DNA of 64,000 bases, taken from positions 104,348,001 through 104,412,000 of the forward strand of contig NW_024704743.1 in NCBI RefSeq assembly GCF_018977255.1. Reading direction: 5' to 3'. Of this stretch, positions 1-13,830 are shown one piece after another. The notes under the pieces are model-generated. The model was not told the DNA's origin and did not search any database. It was given only the letters and a program-made list of their open reading frames with translations. A program made the position numbers and the translations under genes. This DNA comes from Callorhinchus milii (taxonomy: Eukaryota). How positions within the stretch are numbered: the first letter of the stretch is position 1; every line of letters starts with the position of its first letter.

Positions 1-169
1 ATGTTAATCAGCATGGAGCCCACTCATCCAGACTCTCCATTTGCAAGGATGTCTGTCGTTTGAGCTGTTAGTTAAAGATGATACTCTGTTAGAGGACTCT
101 AGGAGCACAGCACTGTTAAGTCTTTTCAGATGTGACTCAAAACCAAGGTCCCATCTATTGAAGTGGACA

Positions 170-460
170 TAATAATAATAATAATAATTTGCATTTGATA
201 TAGCACCTTATCAAGTCTTTGAGACGTCTCAAAGGCTTCAGAGAATATACTGTAAAGTGAATTGACTATATTTTTTGTGGGCAAAATACATAGCAGTGTC
301 CCACAAACAATCGTGGATTGAGTGATCAAATTTTTTTTTGAAGGGATTATTATCTCCGGAAAATGATCCACCAATCGACTAACAACCGGGTTCCCATTTA
401 CCACTAGGTAACTAGAGTCGTGTGGAGTAAGGAAACTTGCCTATGGTTTTGCCCTGCAGA
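170..460 (-). mobile_element. tRNA-derived SINE fragment (long variant with extra central segment)
   Basis: (aat)n tail, gtgtggagtaaggaaacttgcc motif; same central segment as 26180-26377. Confidence 0.7.
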
Positions 461-921
461 TCAGCAAAGGACTATCCATCCACAAGACTGAAAGAAGGAT
501 GTTCACGTCAGCCAGTTAGGAATAGGATGCTTTGACATGCCATTTGTAGATGTGAGATCATGAAAGAGAAGGGCATTCATAAGAAAAAGGGGAATAGAGA
601 ATGCAGAGAGGCTAAGGAGGAGGGATTATGACAAGTGGAGATTCATATAGAGTATAAAAATGGCTACAGACAAATGGACCGAATGGTCATTTTCGGAAAT
701 GTAGGTCTATGTAATTGTATGTAAAAATGTTTCAGTTGGGGTCATCGGAGGATTTTGTCAACAAAAGTATCAGAGTGATACATATTCCCCCAAAGAGATA
801 ATTTGATGCTGAATACTTGCTCGACACTTGTGGCAAATATGGTTGAGAATGCTTCTCATGGCTCAGTTAATGTTGGGAGTACGTCACATGTGGACAAACA
901 CATTATCCTATTATTTTGCAG

Positions 922-1059
922 AATGGACCGGAATGCACCGGTGTAATGATGTGTTCTGTCAATGAGCTATCCAATTCTGCAATAAGAGGAGAATGTTTGG
1001 GGATACAATGTGGGTTATTATTGTTCACCCACCATTGTGTTCTGTCTATTCAGACAAGA
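922..1059 (+). pseudogene. Candidate upstream exon (46 codons, phase 0-0), possibly of the dynein pseudogene
   Basis: ttttgcag acceptor and gtaagt donor; 138 nt open frame NGPECTG...SIQTR; no recognisable motif. Confidence 0.35.
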
Positions 1060-1689
1060 GTAAGTAGGGACATTCAAGGTGTTGCTTTCCATGTAGTTTG
1101 AGTTACACACAGATGTTGAAATGTACAGGACTGAAATGGTACAATGTGTACTCAATTTCAAAGATGTAATACAATTTAGTATTCAGAACAATAATTACTA
1201 TATGTGAAGGTGACTTATTCATCCAAGAGTTTAAAGGACACGGCTATGTTACCAATTCCCCATTGTTTTAATGCTTTCTGTGCATACTTGAAAGTCTGCT
1301 CTTTAGTTATTTCTGATAAATAATTGCTGATCTTGTAAAAAGGATTATTTGCTCCCAGAATTAGCTAATATGAAAGAGCACTAGGCTATTTGTTAATTTT
1401 TTTGCCCATGTAATTTGGTCACAAATTAAATTTCACTGAAAGCGCATAATTCATAGTTTTCTGTGGAAATATTTTAAAAAAATCTTAGTTCAGAGCCTAA
1501 CTGAGCTGGTGCGAAAGCTTAACACAATTTATTTAAGAGGTGGATAACAAGACACAAGCACATTAGTGAACTCCACAGAGACCTCTCCAGTTGATTACCA
1601 ACGGCTCTATATATCTGTACTCTCATCGCTGCTAACTAAATTAGCATTTAAAATATAAAAACTCAACATGACCATTTATCCTTTGATTA

Positions 1690-2000
1690 CTTTTGTTGTG
1701 TAGAGAATTTATGCAGATGGACTAATCTCTTCAATTGAGTGAAAGTGTGAACGAGTCAAAAAAAGTAAGCAGTTTGTTATGTATTGGTTTGCAGTGGTGC
1801 ATTACACACTTCTTCCACTAGCAGATGCTATAATGTCTCTAAAGTTTCTCAAAAACATTTGTCATAATGACCAAAAAGGAATCTTGTGGCGGTACAAACC
1901 AAATATGTACTATACATTCACTCATATTGCGAACATTTTGACAGCGCATAGTCTTAAAGCTCTATGGTCTGAAAGAAAAGCACCTCCTGTCAAATGTAGC
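1690..2000 (+). pseudogene. Dynein pseudogene segment: N-terminal tail
   Basis: ENLCRWTNLFN*VKV*TSQKK, then (frameshift) LPLADAIMSLKFLKNIC..YYTFTHI; resembles DNAH6-type FRKWKAFSVWRKNVRSKK..LRPALLKINELC..TYTLQEF. Confidence 0.5.
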
Positions 2001-2569
2001 AGTTTTAAAAGGCAATGCTGTTGTGAAAAATGATATTATTATTATTATTTATATGCAACATTTTCATTTACTTAATTGGAAACAACGTGGTATTGCAACT
2101 GAAGTTATAAATGTATTATTTTTGCCTTATAACAAGAAACATGTTTCAAAAACCTTTGCACAGGAACAGATTTGGAGAATCTGTTCACTTGTCAGTAAAT
2201 TTACATCCTTGACAGCTTACACTTATAATAATGCACCAGGAACGTAGGAAAATCAGGATCATTTTCTGAAAACTCCTCTGCTCTATCATCAACTGAAGAG
2301 TTTGTGTTGCAGCAGACAGAAAGCAGATAACCCTGCTTAATGGTACATTTATGAACCTCAATGAAGCACTATCAAAATGCAAGTTTTATTTTAACTATTT
2401 TTATATTCATATAAACATGGACACCATCGGTCACCCTACTGCCCCCACCCTCCCTACCCTCACTCCAATGGTAATCTTTGACTATCCAGCAACTTGGGAC
2501 ATTCTCCGGATGTGAAAGGCACTATACAAATGTAATTTGTGTTGTTGTTGATGCACTCTACATCTCATG

Positions 2570-3185
2570 GAGCCAATATGGAGCCTCAGCATCCTGATCA
2601 ACCCTCAACTGTCCTTTGTACCCCACATCCATACCATGACACGCTCCACCTTTCCCCACCTCCACAACAGCGCTCCGCTCTGCCACTGTTTCACACCGCA
2701 GGCTACTGAGACCCTCATACACACATTCATAACATCCAGGCTTGACTACGCAAACGCCCTGCTTGTCGGCCTCCCCAGCTGCTCCGTCAATAGGCTGCAG
2801 ATCATCCAGAACTCTGCAGCCCATGTCCTCTCCTGCACCAGGTTCCATGACCTCCTAACCTTCTACCAACCTGCCCGCACCCTCCGCTCAGCAGGCTCTG
2901 GCCTGCTTCACGTCCCACTCCTCGTCTGCCCCACCATTGGTGGACAGGCTTTCAGCCTCTCTGCCCCCACCCTCTGGAACTCCATTCCACAGTCCCTTCG
3001 CCTCGTCCCCTCCCTTGCCTTTTTCAAGGCTCATCTCAAGACCCTCCTCTTCGACGGTGCCATCGGTCACCCTCCTGCCCTTCACCCTCCCCAATCCCAA
3101 CCCCCAGCTCAGGTCTGAAATACTGATTTTTCAGTCCCTTGGGACAGCCTCCTGACGTGAAAGGTGCTATACAAATGTAATTTTT
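2570..3185 (+). mobile_element. L2 LINE 3' fragment (internally deleted)
   Basis: ORF2 C-terminus FITSRLDYANALL..LQIIQNSAA..APTLWNSIP; L2 3' tail. Confidence 0.9.
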
Positions 3186-5202
3186 TTGTTTGTATGTTTA
3201 TCGTTGAAGTGTCTTCATCAAACATGGCTTCCAGCACTTTCTACTCATGCTGCTCAGGGTTAGATAAAGGTTAGATAAAGCACATTATGTTTCAACTCCT
3301 AGCCTCAGAAAAAACATGAAGACAAACATGTCTTGACTGAGAAACTAACCACTGATGGTACTTTTTTAAAAAAAAAAAAATTCCTATTTATTTACATATT
3401 TTTGATAAAACTACTGCAGTGATCTCCTTTTCTGGTAAGGCCATGTAGCACTTCAAATCTCTCCAGGTTGGAATTTATTGAGTGTGGGTCTAATGGAAAA
3501 TATCTACACCTGCATATATTACCTTATATCAGGATGCAATGCATAAGAAACATCTTATTTCAGAAAATGGTCAGGGAATTGACTTTGAAGATCATGAATA
3601 TTACAAATTATAGTAAAGTCTGACAATAGTTAATAGGAAAAGAGTCAATGGAGAACTGTGTCCTGGTTACTATTGATTGAATTATTGCTTCATTCTTCTC
3701 ATTTTAATAATTTATCTATGCCTAACTTTCTATATACATCATCGTTTTATAGTAGACTTAAAAAAGTGTGCAATCTGTTGTTCCAGGTTTTCATTTCCTC
3801 ATTGCTGAAAGATACAGGTTCTCAGGTTGAGACTCAGGATCAAAATGACCATCATTTTGAAATACCATATAAAACTCACAGGAAGCACAGCACAGTCAGT
3901 GTGATGGGTTATTCAGGTTTGAGGAAATCTGAATGTAAATTTTGTACTATCTCTAACTTCAAGGAATTTCCAAGCACTACAGTGATATACTATATCACTT
4001 ACAAAACACACACTTTACAGTACATAGATTTATATAGAATGTGCATCACAGAAACAGGCCATTCGGTCCAACAAGTCTATGCCAGTGATTATGCTCCACA
4101 TGAGTCCATCCACTCCTTACTCACTCGCAAACATTTCTATTCCCTTCTCCCTTATGTGTATATCCTGTAAAGTGCTTTGAGATATCCTTACAACATGAAT
4201 AACTTGTGGATTCTGGCTTTGGACTCCTGGTTGACGGAATAGGTGATTTTTTTTAAACAAATATCCCATTAACTGAGAATCCACAATCTGTGAACTAAAA
4301 ATCATTGACTTCATGGACATGATCATTGAGGAGTGTGTGAATTCAAGTGTGGTGTGTGTGTGTGTGTGTGGGGGCGGGATTGTTTCCAGCACAAATGGGC
4401 CCCAGTCAATGTGTTAATTATAATAAGGTTGCTAAATTGATCATTAGTCTTAATTAGCACATTGCAACATCGAAAAATGTATGTCAAAATGGGCTAGAAT
4501 GTGCAAAATGCATCTTAGGCTTTCAGTTATAAGAATGGCACTAGGAACGTGTTTAAAATATAAATGTTTTAAAATACTGATCAGGTCTGAGCAATATGCC
4601 TCATTGTTGTTGAAACAAACAGAAATGATTGTGTTATATTTTGGGGGGGAATATTACAGATTTAAGAAATAAGTTGTAGAAATTCTCAAGTTACCTTACA
4701 GTTCATATACAATTTGGTGTTTTTTCAAATGGAACAGAAATGGATATACACATTGAAAAACACAGTATTCATGTGCTTCATGTTATTCAAATACTGCAAA
4801 ACTTTAATTGGAATCCTACGTGAAGGACACTATGTAAATGCAAGTTGCTGTTGCAGTAGACACATTATGCAGGGCATCATCAGCAGGAGTTTGAGAGTTT
4901 CTTCCGGGATGTGGACATGGGGGTGGTAGGTATATGATTTCAGGGTGTTCTATTATAATCTGCTGACAGAATTATATTGGTGTAATATATAAAGTATTTA
5001 ATTCACAGAATACATGCATGTCTGACATTAGCAGAATGATTAAAAGAACAACAATGGTGATAATTCAAACAGAAACTCAGACTAGTGCTCTTCAGGGGAA
5101 CATTTGGTTCAATCCTTTGAATAGATTTATGGGGAATGAAGTGTAGACTTTACAACTCACAGGCATTGAGTATCAAGCTCATCTCAGAATTTAGACTGAT
5201 CA

Positions 5203-5606
5203 TCAGCCTGGCCTAGTGGTAGCACTCTTGCCTCTGAGTGAGAAGGTTGTGAGTTCATCGGGACTTGGAATCACATAGTCTAAGATGACTCTCCAATACA
5301 GTGCTAGGGAGGTTTTCATTGTTGGAAGTGCCGTCCTTTGAATGAGACGAAGTCCCGTCTGCCTGTTCAGGTGGACGTTAAAGATACCACTGTTCAAAAA
5401 TAAGGGAATTTCTCCCGTTGTCCTGGTCAACAATTCCCCCAATAAAATTCGTCACTCACTTCACAGCTGTTTGTGGGACATTGGCTGCTGTGTTTTGTTC
5501 ACAAAATACACAGTTACTGCACTTTACAGTAAATCCTGTGAAGTGCTTTGAGACGTCACAACGGCATGAAAGTCGCTATATCAAATGCAAGGATTATTAT
5601 TATTAA
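5203..5606 (+). mobile_element. Older Deu-domain-type SINE (SacSINE1-like)
   Basis: tRNA-like head (gtggtagcactcttgcctctgagt), gtctgcctgttcaggtggacgttaaagat core, L2-like tail and (tta)n. Confidence 0.75.
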
Positions 5607-5764
5607 TAAGATTTTTAATATAGAAGAAGGCCATTTGCCCCCATTGTGCCTGTATTTGATGGTGACATCAAACATTGCATTGTAGCTTCTTTGCTGTCCA
5701 TTGCATTTGAAATAGTTCATCTCAAAAGGACTATTGGAGTGAGATTATGTGTTGCAGAGTGTTT

Positions 5765-6468
5765 ACAAAGGATATCCAAGCTTCTTTTAATTACATCAAA
5801 TTCTACAGAAGAAATTATACTTTACCATAATATGAACATACAAAAACGTATTAAAAATATGATTGTGTTAAAATAATATTACAAAATAGGAATGCTAACC
5901 TTTGTAATTGAACTGTTGTATTGAAAACATTAGCTTCAGAGTACAGTATTTACAAAATTTCTATGCCAAATTTTTCAGTAGGTAAAATTACCACTGTTCA
6001 TGAAATGCAACTCTCTTTTATATTTTGAACATCTTAGATATCAATGTACCTAGAGTTTTGCATAGTGTTGAGGGTATTGGCATCATATCATCTCAGTGCA
6101 TCCAGTGCGCTGTTTAGCAGTCGAGCCGATGACATAACCGATGAAGTAGATGATATGAAAGAATCTTTGCAGAAGTCTACAATTTATGCAGAAGATGTTG
6201 TTCTTCTATTCCACTTCCCTGCCAAAAATAGGCAATAAGGGATCACTAGACCTTGTTTGATAATTCCCCTTTAAATCCAAGGTTACACAGCATCATTATC
6301 AATAAACTGCATTTTTTTTGGTTCATTTATCCTTAGGCAGCTGTTACGTATGAATTGTTGCTTGCTGCCAGCACTTTAGTGGGTATTATTCCGAGCTGTG
6401 TGAGGGATGATGCCAGAGATATTTCTTCAGTAACTCTGATACTGCTTCGTTTGAAGCCGCTGCTGATT
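5765..6468 (+). pseudogene. Dynein pseudogene segments: tail/stem, incl. intact-looking exon 6337-6468
   Basis: DIQASFNYIKFY, FSVGKITTV, DINVPRVLHSVEGI, SSRADDITDEVDDMKESLQKSTIYAEDVVLLFHF. Exon 6337-6468 has ttag|...|gtgagt, 44 open codons AAVTYELL...LKPLLI. Confidence 0.65.
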
Positions 6469-8024
6469 GTGAGTCATTCAGGAACCCTTTTTTTCATGAT
6501 GAAGTGCAAAGGTGTCAATGTCATGTGTGGGAAAATAGTGTTAGGAATTATATGGAAGAAGATAGGGGAACCAACTGCCCGTCAATCCATCATAATCATG
6601 TCTCAAGTCAGTTCTTTCACAACAATGTCTGAATGTATCAAGTTCAGTCAATGTGCACGCACAGGTTTCATGTAATCAAAGGGCAATTTATTGTGATTTA
6701 GATACACATGAAATATAATCGCTTGTGGAGTGAAAGCATAATGAATACATAATATGAACTTATTACTATTTCCACATACCATTAATGAAGAAACGATCTG
6801 TGTGCTTCAATCTGTGGTGTTAAACTCAAAAAAGTAATCTTTTATACCCTGTCAGCATTTTAATAAACACTTTTTATCTTGTTGAATAATTGATTTTTTT
6901 TTAATGAGAATGCAAAGGATTTTCATTATAAGTTTCTCAAATGCCGAACACTTTGGATGAGTTTGCAAAGGAAGATTTTGTGGGTCTTATAAAATCCTTC
7001 ACTTGAAACTGATCAAAAAATATTTGCGTATAATAATCATCCTTGCATTTGATATAGTGTTTTATCACGACTTCTAGACGTTTCAAAGCATTTTACAGAA
7101 TATACTGTAAAGTGAATTGACTGTACATTTTGTGGGTGGATGTGTGGTAACTGGCGATTTGGAAACGTGTAAAGGGCAACTTAGCTTTCAAAGGGTAAAG
7201 CGCACATATTTTTCAACCAAGCAAACTACTGTGAATGTTAAACATTTGAAACAATACGCATGAGTGAAAAGGACAGCAAGCACAGCAGTTTGCTGAAAGA
7301 AAATGCAAGGGCGGAAATGCTTAAGCCAGCCAGATGCTTTTGAAGCAGCAGAGTACAGCACTAAAGAGAAGCGATGAAATAACATTCACTACGTTTGCTG
7401 TCAATGCACCAATGATTATCACCTCAATGAATAAGGAAAACATTTATATAATTCAATTTTGCTTATTGATTTCTCCTCTTGTGCCCTGTCAGTTTCTTGC
7501 TGTCATTTTTTCCCTTTCATGAGCAAGCTGGTAGAGGTCCATCACGTGCCGCAGAATTGAAAGACCATCGACATGTAGACATCAATACCAGTGAAGTCAC
7601 CTTCACTCTCCGCAGTTGGAATTATCCAGCAGATGTTTCAGGCATTCACAGATAGCTCTGCCTCCTTAGGCTTATCTCTCCCTTCATTGCCTCCAATCCA
7701 AGAATCCAATTTCTAGAGCTCACACAAAGTAGATGGAAGAAACTGCATAATGTTAGGCAATATATTGGAGCTGTGTACTTCATCTAGTCCTCAGCTAGTT
7801 TATTTAATCAACTGGGCATAACACCCTGTCGTTCTCACTCTTTTGTGAGCAGTTGGGAAATGTCTTCTGTTATAGTGTTGTGTGACAGCCAGGCTGAGCT
7901 AGAAGCAGTCTTTCCTCTGAGACAGAAGGATGTGTTTTCAAGCCCCCGTCAGGATTCTGAACTCACATAGTCGAGGTTGATACTTTAATGCAGTGCTAGG
8001 GCGAGTGCTGCAGAACTCAAACTT

Positions 8025-8125
8025 GTGTTCTGACGAAGGGTCGTGAACCCGAAACTTTGACTCACTTTCCTTTCTCCATCGATGCTGCCTGACCTGCTGA
8101 ATGTTCCCAGCAACTTCTGTTTCTG
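8025..8125 (+). repeat. Penelope-type terminal repeat fragment with degenerate minimal hammerhead core
   Basis: CTGACGA-A-GGGT(cgtga)ACCC-GAAAC at 8030-8055; homologous to 38100-38232. Confidence 0.6.
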
Positions 8126-9974
8126 AGTAAGATTAAAAGATATGGATATGGAGGCATTCCAACAATTTGTGTCAATCTAAGATCTCATAGGAATGGTGAG
8201 CTCGTGTATCATGGAGTTATGACATTACTTAATTGAAGAATATCAAATTAATTTCTTAAGACAAATGTTTCACATTGCACATTCCTGGGACTGTACTACA
8301 ATAACAAGGTACTTAGAGAGGAATGGGCACACAAAGACTATTGGGCAGTAATGGCGGGGAAGGTTGCCTTTTATTACAATAAAAAAAGGGCTAAAATGTG
8401 AAGCAGATTTGCTTGGATTCTCAACCCTGTAAGGGTCAGGAGTCAAGTTTCCCATGTTACCCCATGGTCTGCCAAAATGACAGAAAGAACGTATTGCATT
8501 GTATTAATGAGCATTTGCTCATTGTTACTCCCTCTGCAGCAGCAATGCACTGAAAGATCATTAACAGGGGTGAGAAAAGAGCTGACATTTTTCCTATGCC
8601 ACTGAAGGTTTGTAATGTGACATTCTATGGCACTTCAGCAACACCACGGGTATAATGAAATCCTGTCCTTATATCTGCGTATCCTGTTTCAGCTGAATGT
8701 CTCTACACTCTCAGTAAATGCAAATAGAGGTGAATGCAGTAACTCAAGTGTACATACTTGAGTGAAATCTGTGGGGGCAGATCCACAGTACTTCCAAGCC
8801 ACTGCTGATGATAAACCAACCAATCTGGCTCATAATTACCACTTGGAGGAGCAGACCAGTGACTGGTAGGTAATTACTTGGCTCCTGTTAACCCTACAAA
8901 CCAAAGCTCAAATCAGTAGGATGATCCTGGCTAGACAAACAGTGGGAATCTTGTCAGTGTTTGTAATAATAAGCTTCATCGTTTTAGCTAGTTCAATTCC
9001 AGCATGACCCCAATCTATACTCTAGGGTTCCCAAGCATTGACTGCTGACAACCTGCACTTAAACACTTTAGAATTAGGTAAGCAAGATTTGCTCCTCTAG
9101 AGAGAGAGTGCGCACTCCATACCAAAGAAATGTAAACTATACATATGTGAATCTCGAAGTAGTTTGGGTTGGAAGCTCTTAAGCATGGTGATGGGTTTCC
9201 GTGTCTATCAAACACCAGTATGACCATCAAAATTGAATTCAGGGTAGATTGAAACTTTTATATTTGCAATAGCATTCACCTGAGTTATGTGCTAACATTA
9301 ATCAGGCATCTACATTGCATTTACAAGCCATTATTTTTATGATCTTGTTTGTACCACAAATAAACAAAAATAATGAAATTCAACTGTCAAAATGCATCAG
9401 CAATTTGTATTCAAAGTACTGTATTACAATGAGCAATTATTTGGTCTCAAAGCTTGGCTAGTGCATGCCTTGTCATATTGATATAAAGCATTGACAACTA
9501 ACACATTATCCTTCCCATCTGCTATATACTTATAAGGCATTGCTGACTCAGATGAAGAATAAGATAAGAAAATGTCTACCTCCTTTTCAATTAGCAAAGA
9601 CATTTAATAAAATTAATAATAATTCCTACATTTGGTATAGCGCCTTTCAACTTGGGAAGGCATTGTAAATACTTTCACAAGGTTCACTGTAAAGTGCAGT
9701 GACAACTTGAAGGCAAATTCACAGTCAATCTGTTCACAGTAATGTGCCCCCTCCCCCCCCAGCCATTTGGGGGACTGTTGGATAATAATACGAATAATAT
9801 AATAATCATAATAATTATTATTATCCCCTATTGCCTGATTAAATAGATTGCAACCAATGTTGTTCCAAATATGTCGATGGCTGACCTGCACATTTAAAGC
9901 CCGGGCTATAATGTGCCCATGTATTCATTCTCCTCCCTGCTCTGCTTTTTCTGTGCTTCCTCCCTGGCTGTGTG

Positions 9975-10350
9975 TTAGCCTGTCTTAGTTGGTAGCACTC
10001 TCGCCTCTGAGTCAGAAGATTTTGGGTTCATGTGCCAAGTCGGGCTTTGGAACTCATATAGTCTTAACTGACACTTCATTGCAGTGCTGGTGGTGTGCTG
10101 CTTTGTCGAAGGTGATGTTCTTCAGATTAGATGGTAACCGAGGTCCCGTTTGTCTTTTCAGGTGGACATTAAGATCCCACGGCACTATTTGAAAAGAGAA
10201 GGGAGTTTCTCCTGGTGCCCTGGCCAACAATCCCCCAAAATAAAATTGGTTATTCATGTAAGGGCTATATGTGGAACATTGCTGTGAACAAATTGGCTGA
10301 CAAGTTTGCCCACAAAACACACAATCACTACACTTGACACTGTATTTTGT
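9975..10350 (+). mobile_element. Older Deu-domain-type SINE
   Basis: Same head and core as 5203-5606. Confidence 0.75.
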
Positions 10351-10489
10351 GAGTTTAGAATTATAAAAGTGTTTGATAAGATTAGCATAAATAGACTCTT
10401 TCTAAAGGTTGGGGTGTTTCAGCGCCTTGGGACGTCCTCCTGACGTGAAAGGCACTTTATAAATGGAATCTTGTTGTTGTTGTTGTTGT

Positions 10490-10780
10490 CTGTAACCAGG
10501 AGACATAAATATAAGATAGTGACTAGAGGAAACTGAGAAGAATTTAGGAGGAAATAATTCACACAGAGGTAGTCAGATTGTGGATCTCGCTGCCTGAAGC
10601 AGTGGTTGAATCAGATATAGATGCATTCAAGAGGAAGCTAAACGTTCATGTTTGGGAGAGAGGGGTATAGAAGGGTATCGGAGGGAGTAAAGGAATGGGT
10701 GAAGACCCGTGTGGAATGTAAACACAGGGTATGGACTGGTTGGGCTGAATGGTTCTGTTTCCATGCTGTACATTCTTCGT
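10490..10780 (+). mobile_element. Degenerate CR1 LINE 3' end
   Basis: Similar to the CR1 ORF2 end and 3' UTR of younger copies (ttcacacagagg..tgga..gcattcaagagg). Confidence 0.6.
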
Positions 10781-11280
10781 AATCTTTGAACAACATGTGG
10801 AATAATCTTTTGCTATTTAACCTTGCAAATCCTTTCAGAATTTGGAAGATCTGTATGAGATCGCCTCTGAAAGCAGACCCTATGTTTTGAGCCCACCTTC
10901 ATTACTATACTGCTCATCCCTGGCATCATTGGTGTGAACCCAGCTTATACCTTCTTCAGGACTTGGCGTCAATAATCTTTGAATTTGATATGTTTGATAT
11001 ATTTGCTTCATTGAGATGTCTCAAAGCCCTTCACAGGATTTACTGTAAAGTGTAGTGACTATTTTGTAGACAATTTGCATACAACAATGTAGCTAATTTG
11101 CACACAACAATGTCCCACAAACAGTCATGATGTGTATGACCAATTTTGTTTGAGGGATTGTTGGTCAGGACACAGTCTTGTATTTAATATGATGCTGAGA
11201 ACTGCATTCACTCTAACTGAAGTCTTACCAATGTCTTACACAAATGTAGCAATACTTGTTTTTGTATTTAGTTTGCACAG

Positions 11281-11480
11281 GAGCTGTTTTAAGAATCAGC
11301 TTATTAAATAACTCTCTGACTGCACCACCCTCCAAGTCGAGCTGAAGCAGGTAGCCTGAGAAAAAAGCACAACGGTCTTAATCCAAAGAGCTGAGGTGCA
11401 CAGAATTCATGCAGCACTGCAGAATAACTTCAGAACGTCTGTTTGGTTAGTGACTGAGAAGCAAGCTCTGCATTTCTGGA
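11281..11480 (+). pseudogene. Dynein pseudogene segment: stem
   Basis: cacag acceptor; SCFKNQLIK*LSDCTTLQVELKQVA* with stops. Confidence 0.5.
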
Positions 11481-12464
11481 ATCCAATTAAGTTGGTGATG
11501 TGATCTATTTAATTGAATTGCATCAAGGAATGTTCAAAATCGGGAACCATGTTTGCATACTGATCTAGATACTGTATATAGTTCCAATGATACTCTGCAC
11601 CAGATTCCAATCAAATGTTTCGATCCACGCCTAAGTATTCAGGTCACACAGCAGCTCACTTCCTTATTGTTGCTTTGTTGCACTGTTTAACTGCGCTAAA
11701 CTTTCTCCAAGATTGTACATCTCTCAAGTCGAGAGACGGCGTCCGGCATGGAGGGCGCTATATAAATCCAAGTTCTTGTTGTTGTTGATGCAATGCAGTA
11801 CTATAACATTTGTCTGTCTGCGCCACCAAAGTGTTCTTTCTTTAGGTTTCATTTGGTCTGTAAGCATCACATATTAAGCGCACCCCAACAGAGGGAATTT
11901 TACCTCATGGTTTTTCATCAGTCAAGACAGTGAATTGAATGACTACCAGAAGACAACAACTTGCATTGTGTCCTTCACATACAGCATCTCAGATAATGCT
12001 AAAATACATAGTCCGTAGGATCCCCTCCCCACCCCATCTCAGCAGAATGTTTTCACTTCTGCAGCAAGTGAGCCCTTTGGGGGAAAGGGTACTGTTTAAG
12101 GATTGGAGTGTGTTTAAAACAAGCTTTGAAGGAGAAAGTACTCGATATTAAAATAAGTTCACCCTACACTCTCCTTTTAAATGGAAATCTAAAACTGAAC
12201 AGTTATAATCCAATTCCTGTCTCAATACAACAGACTCGATCAAAGCAAGTGAACTATTGGGCAGGGCAGGGGAAGATGCACATTCCCTCCTGCCTGACAG
12301 TTTAACAGAGGATTTAACAGTAACAACAACGCAAAAAGGACTAGGTTCAGTCCAAAGCTATATACGTAAATCTCAGACCATTGGTAGCTCTTCCTTTCGT
12401 TTTCAATATTTAGGGGTAGGAAAATGACAATACAATACATTTCATAACAATACAGTAAGATGGT

Positions 12465-12786
12465 GGAGTTCTGTAGCTCAGTGGTTAGAGCACTCGCCTT
12501 GCAAGCGAGACACTTGGGTTCAATTCCAGGCAGGGCAAAACCTTGGGCAAGTTTCCTTACTCCACATGCCTGATAATAATCCCTCCAAAAACAAAAAAAA
12601 CTTATAAATTGGTCATTTACAATCCACAAATGTTTGTGGGGCACTGCTGTCCGCAATTGGCTGCTGTGTTTCGCCTATAAATATAGTCAATTGACTTTAC
12701 AGCATGTTCTGTGAAGCGCTTTGAGACGTCGAGAAGACGTGAAAAGCACTAAATCAAATGCAAGGATTATTATATTATTATTATTA
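12465..12786 (+). mobile_element. Young tRNA-derived SINE (Ala-like TGC head)
   Basis: A box tagctcagtgg, B box ggttcaattcc, (tta)n tail; multiple near-identical copies in window. Confidence 0.9.
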
Positions 12787-13124
12787 AATCCAATCCGACA
12801 GATGTTTGGGGGAATAGAGAAGGGGAGAGGTTATGCCGCGAATCATCTTTTCCCCGATTATTACGCAATGTGAATGGAGTCTTAAAGTGCAGTGTTCCTC
12901 TTATCTGACTTCCCTTTAATTATAAAGCAAAATTTTATGATATCCCAGAAACAATTAAACAGAGGATCAAATATTTATTTTATCAGAAGAAACATTTTTT
13001 AATTATGTTCCTGATTTTATGACTGAATAAAAAGATTGATTTACAATGTAAGGTACAGCCATCCTAGAACAGTCAAGGTGCCAGACCAACTATTTAGCCT
13101 TTATGTAAGCTGCAATTTTTACAG

Positions 13125-13830
13125 CTGGATTTCAAATTTTTGAATGAGTTGATGTCCACTTGGGGACCTTGGAATCCTTCAAAAGGAATCCCATAAGAAA
13201 TACATATATTGAATTCCAAAATGAATAGACTAGAAATGTTCATCATCAAGAATAGAAAAAAGTTAATTATCACCAGTGTTAGTCTTCAAAAGGAGTTTGC
13301 AAAGCTTAGCATTAGATACCAAATGGCTACTAATTGGTACTATCGCTCCCACAGAGGTCACTCCCTGCTGGAGCTTTTGGAAATCGATCAACTGCTGTCT
13401 TGACAAAAAAATCTTACAAGTTACTTTTAATTCTAAATTGCAGAATGTGGGGAAGTGCTAAATAGTCTAGTCATTGCATTATATCATTCAGGTGACAACC
13501 TGTAATTCCTTGATGTATTCCTGAGGCAAAACACAAAGTACAAATATTGTAACCTATTTGAAGGCTTTCCAACAAGCTATGCCAATTATACATTGATACA
13601 ATAGTAAGTAACATTACATTGTACAATGATATCCTGCACTGATTATACCCTTCACTGACCTAATGTGATTGGAAGAAACTGAATATATTGTGGTGATTGG
13701 ATCGGCCTCACTTCATGAGTGTGAAAATCTAATTCTTTATATGTGCCTTAGATGACAAATTCTGAGATGTTTCTCACAAGTTGCTTAAAGCTAGTTTGCA
13801 TTCGTACCTGACGGAGAAGGGTACTTTAAT
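13125..13830 (+). pseudogene. Dynein pseudogene segments: DHC_N2/linker start
   Basis: ttttacag acceptor; LDFKFLNELMSTW..KGIP*, KWLLIGTI, SLLELLEIDQLLS*QKNL; W-(fs)-ETEYIVV near 13670 (cf. LDPEVLNGQV..KGLP..RHWAAIE..LTLERL..WKTTEFVI). Confidence 0.65.

Noticed and set aside
3658..4170. 170-aa ORF
   Set aside because: Non-ATG start, no recognisable domain, runs into CR1/SINE tail remnants.
4350..4371. (GT)n microsatellite
   Set aside because: Ordinary short simple repeat.
7525..7760. Exon-like, more GC-balanced stretch
   Set aside because: Stops in all frames tried, and I could not place it in the dynein alignment.
12465..12540. tRNA-Ala(TGC) genes
   Set aside because: A/B boxes are present, but each copy continues into a SINE body and (TTA)n tail; these are SINE heads.
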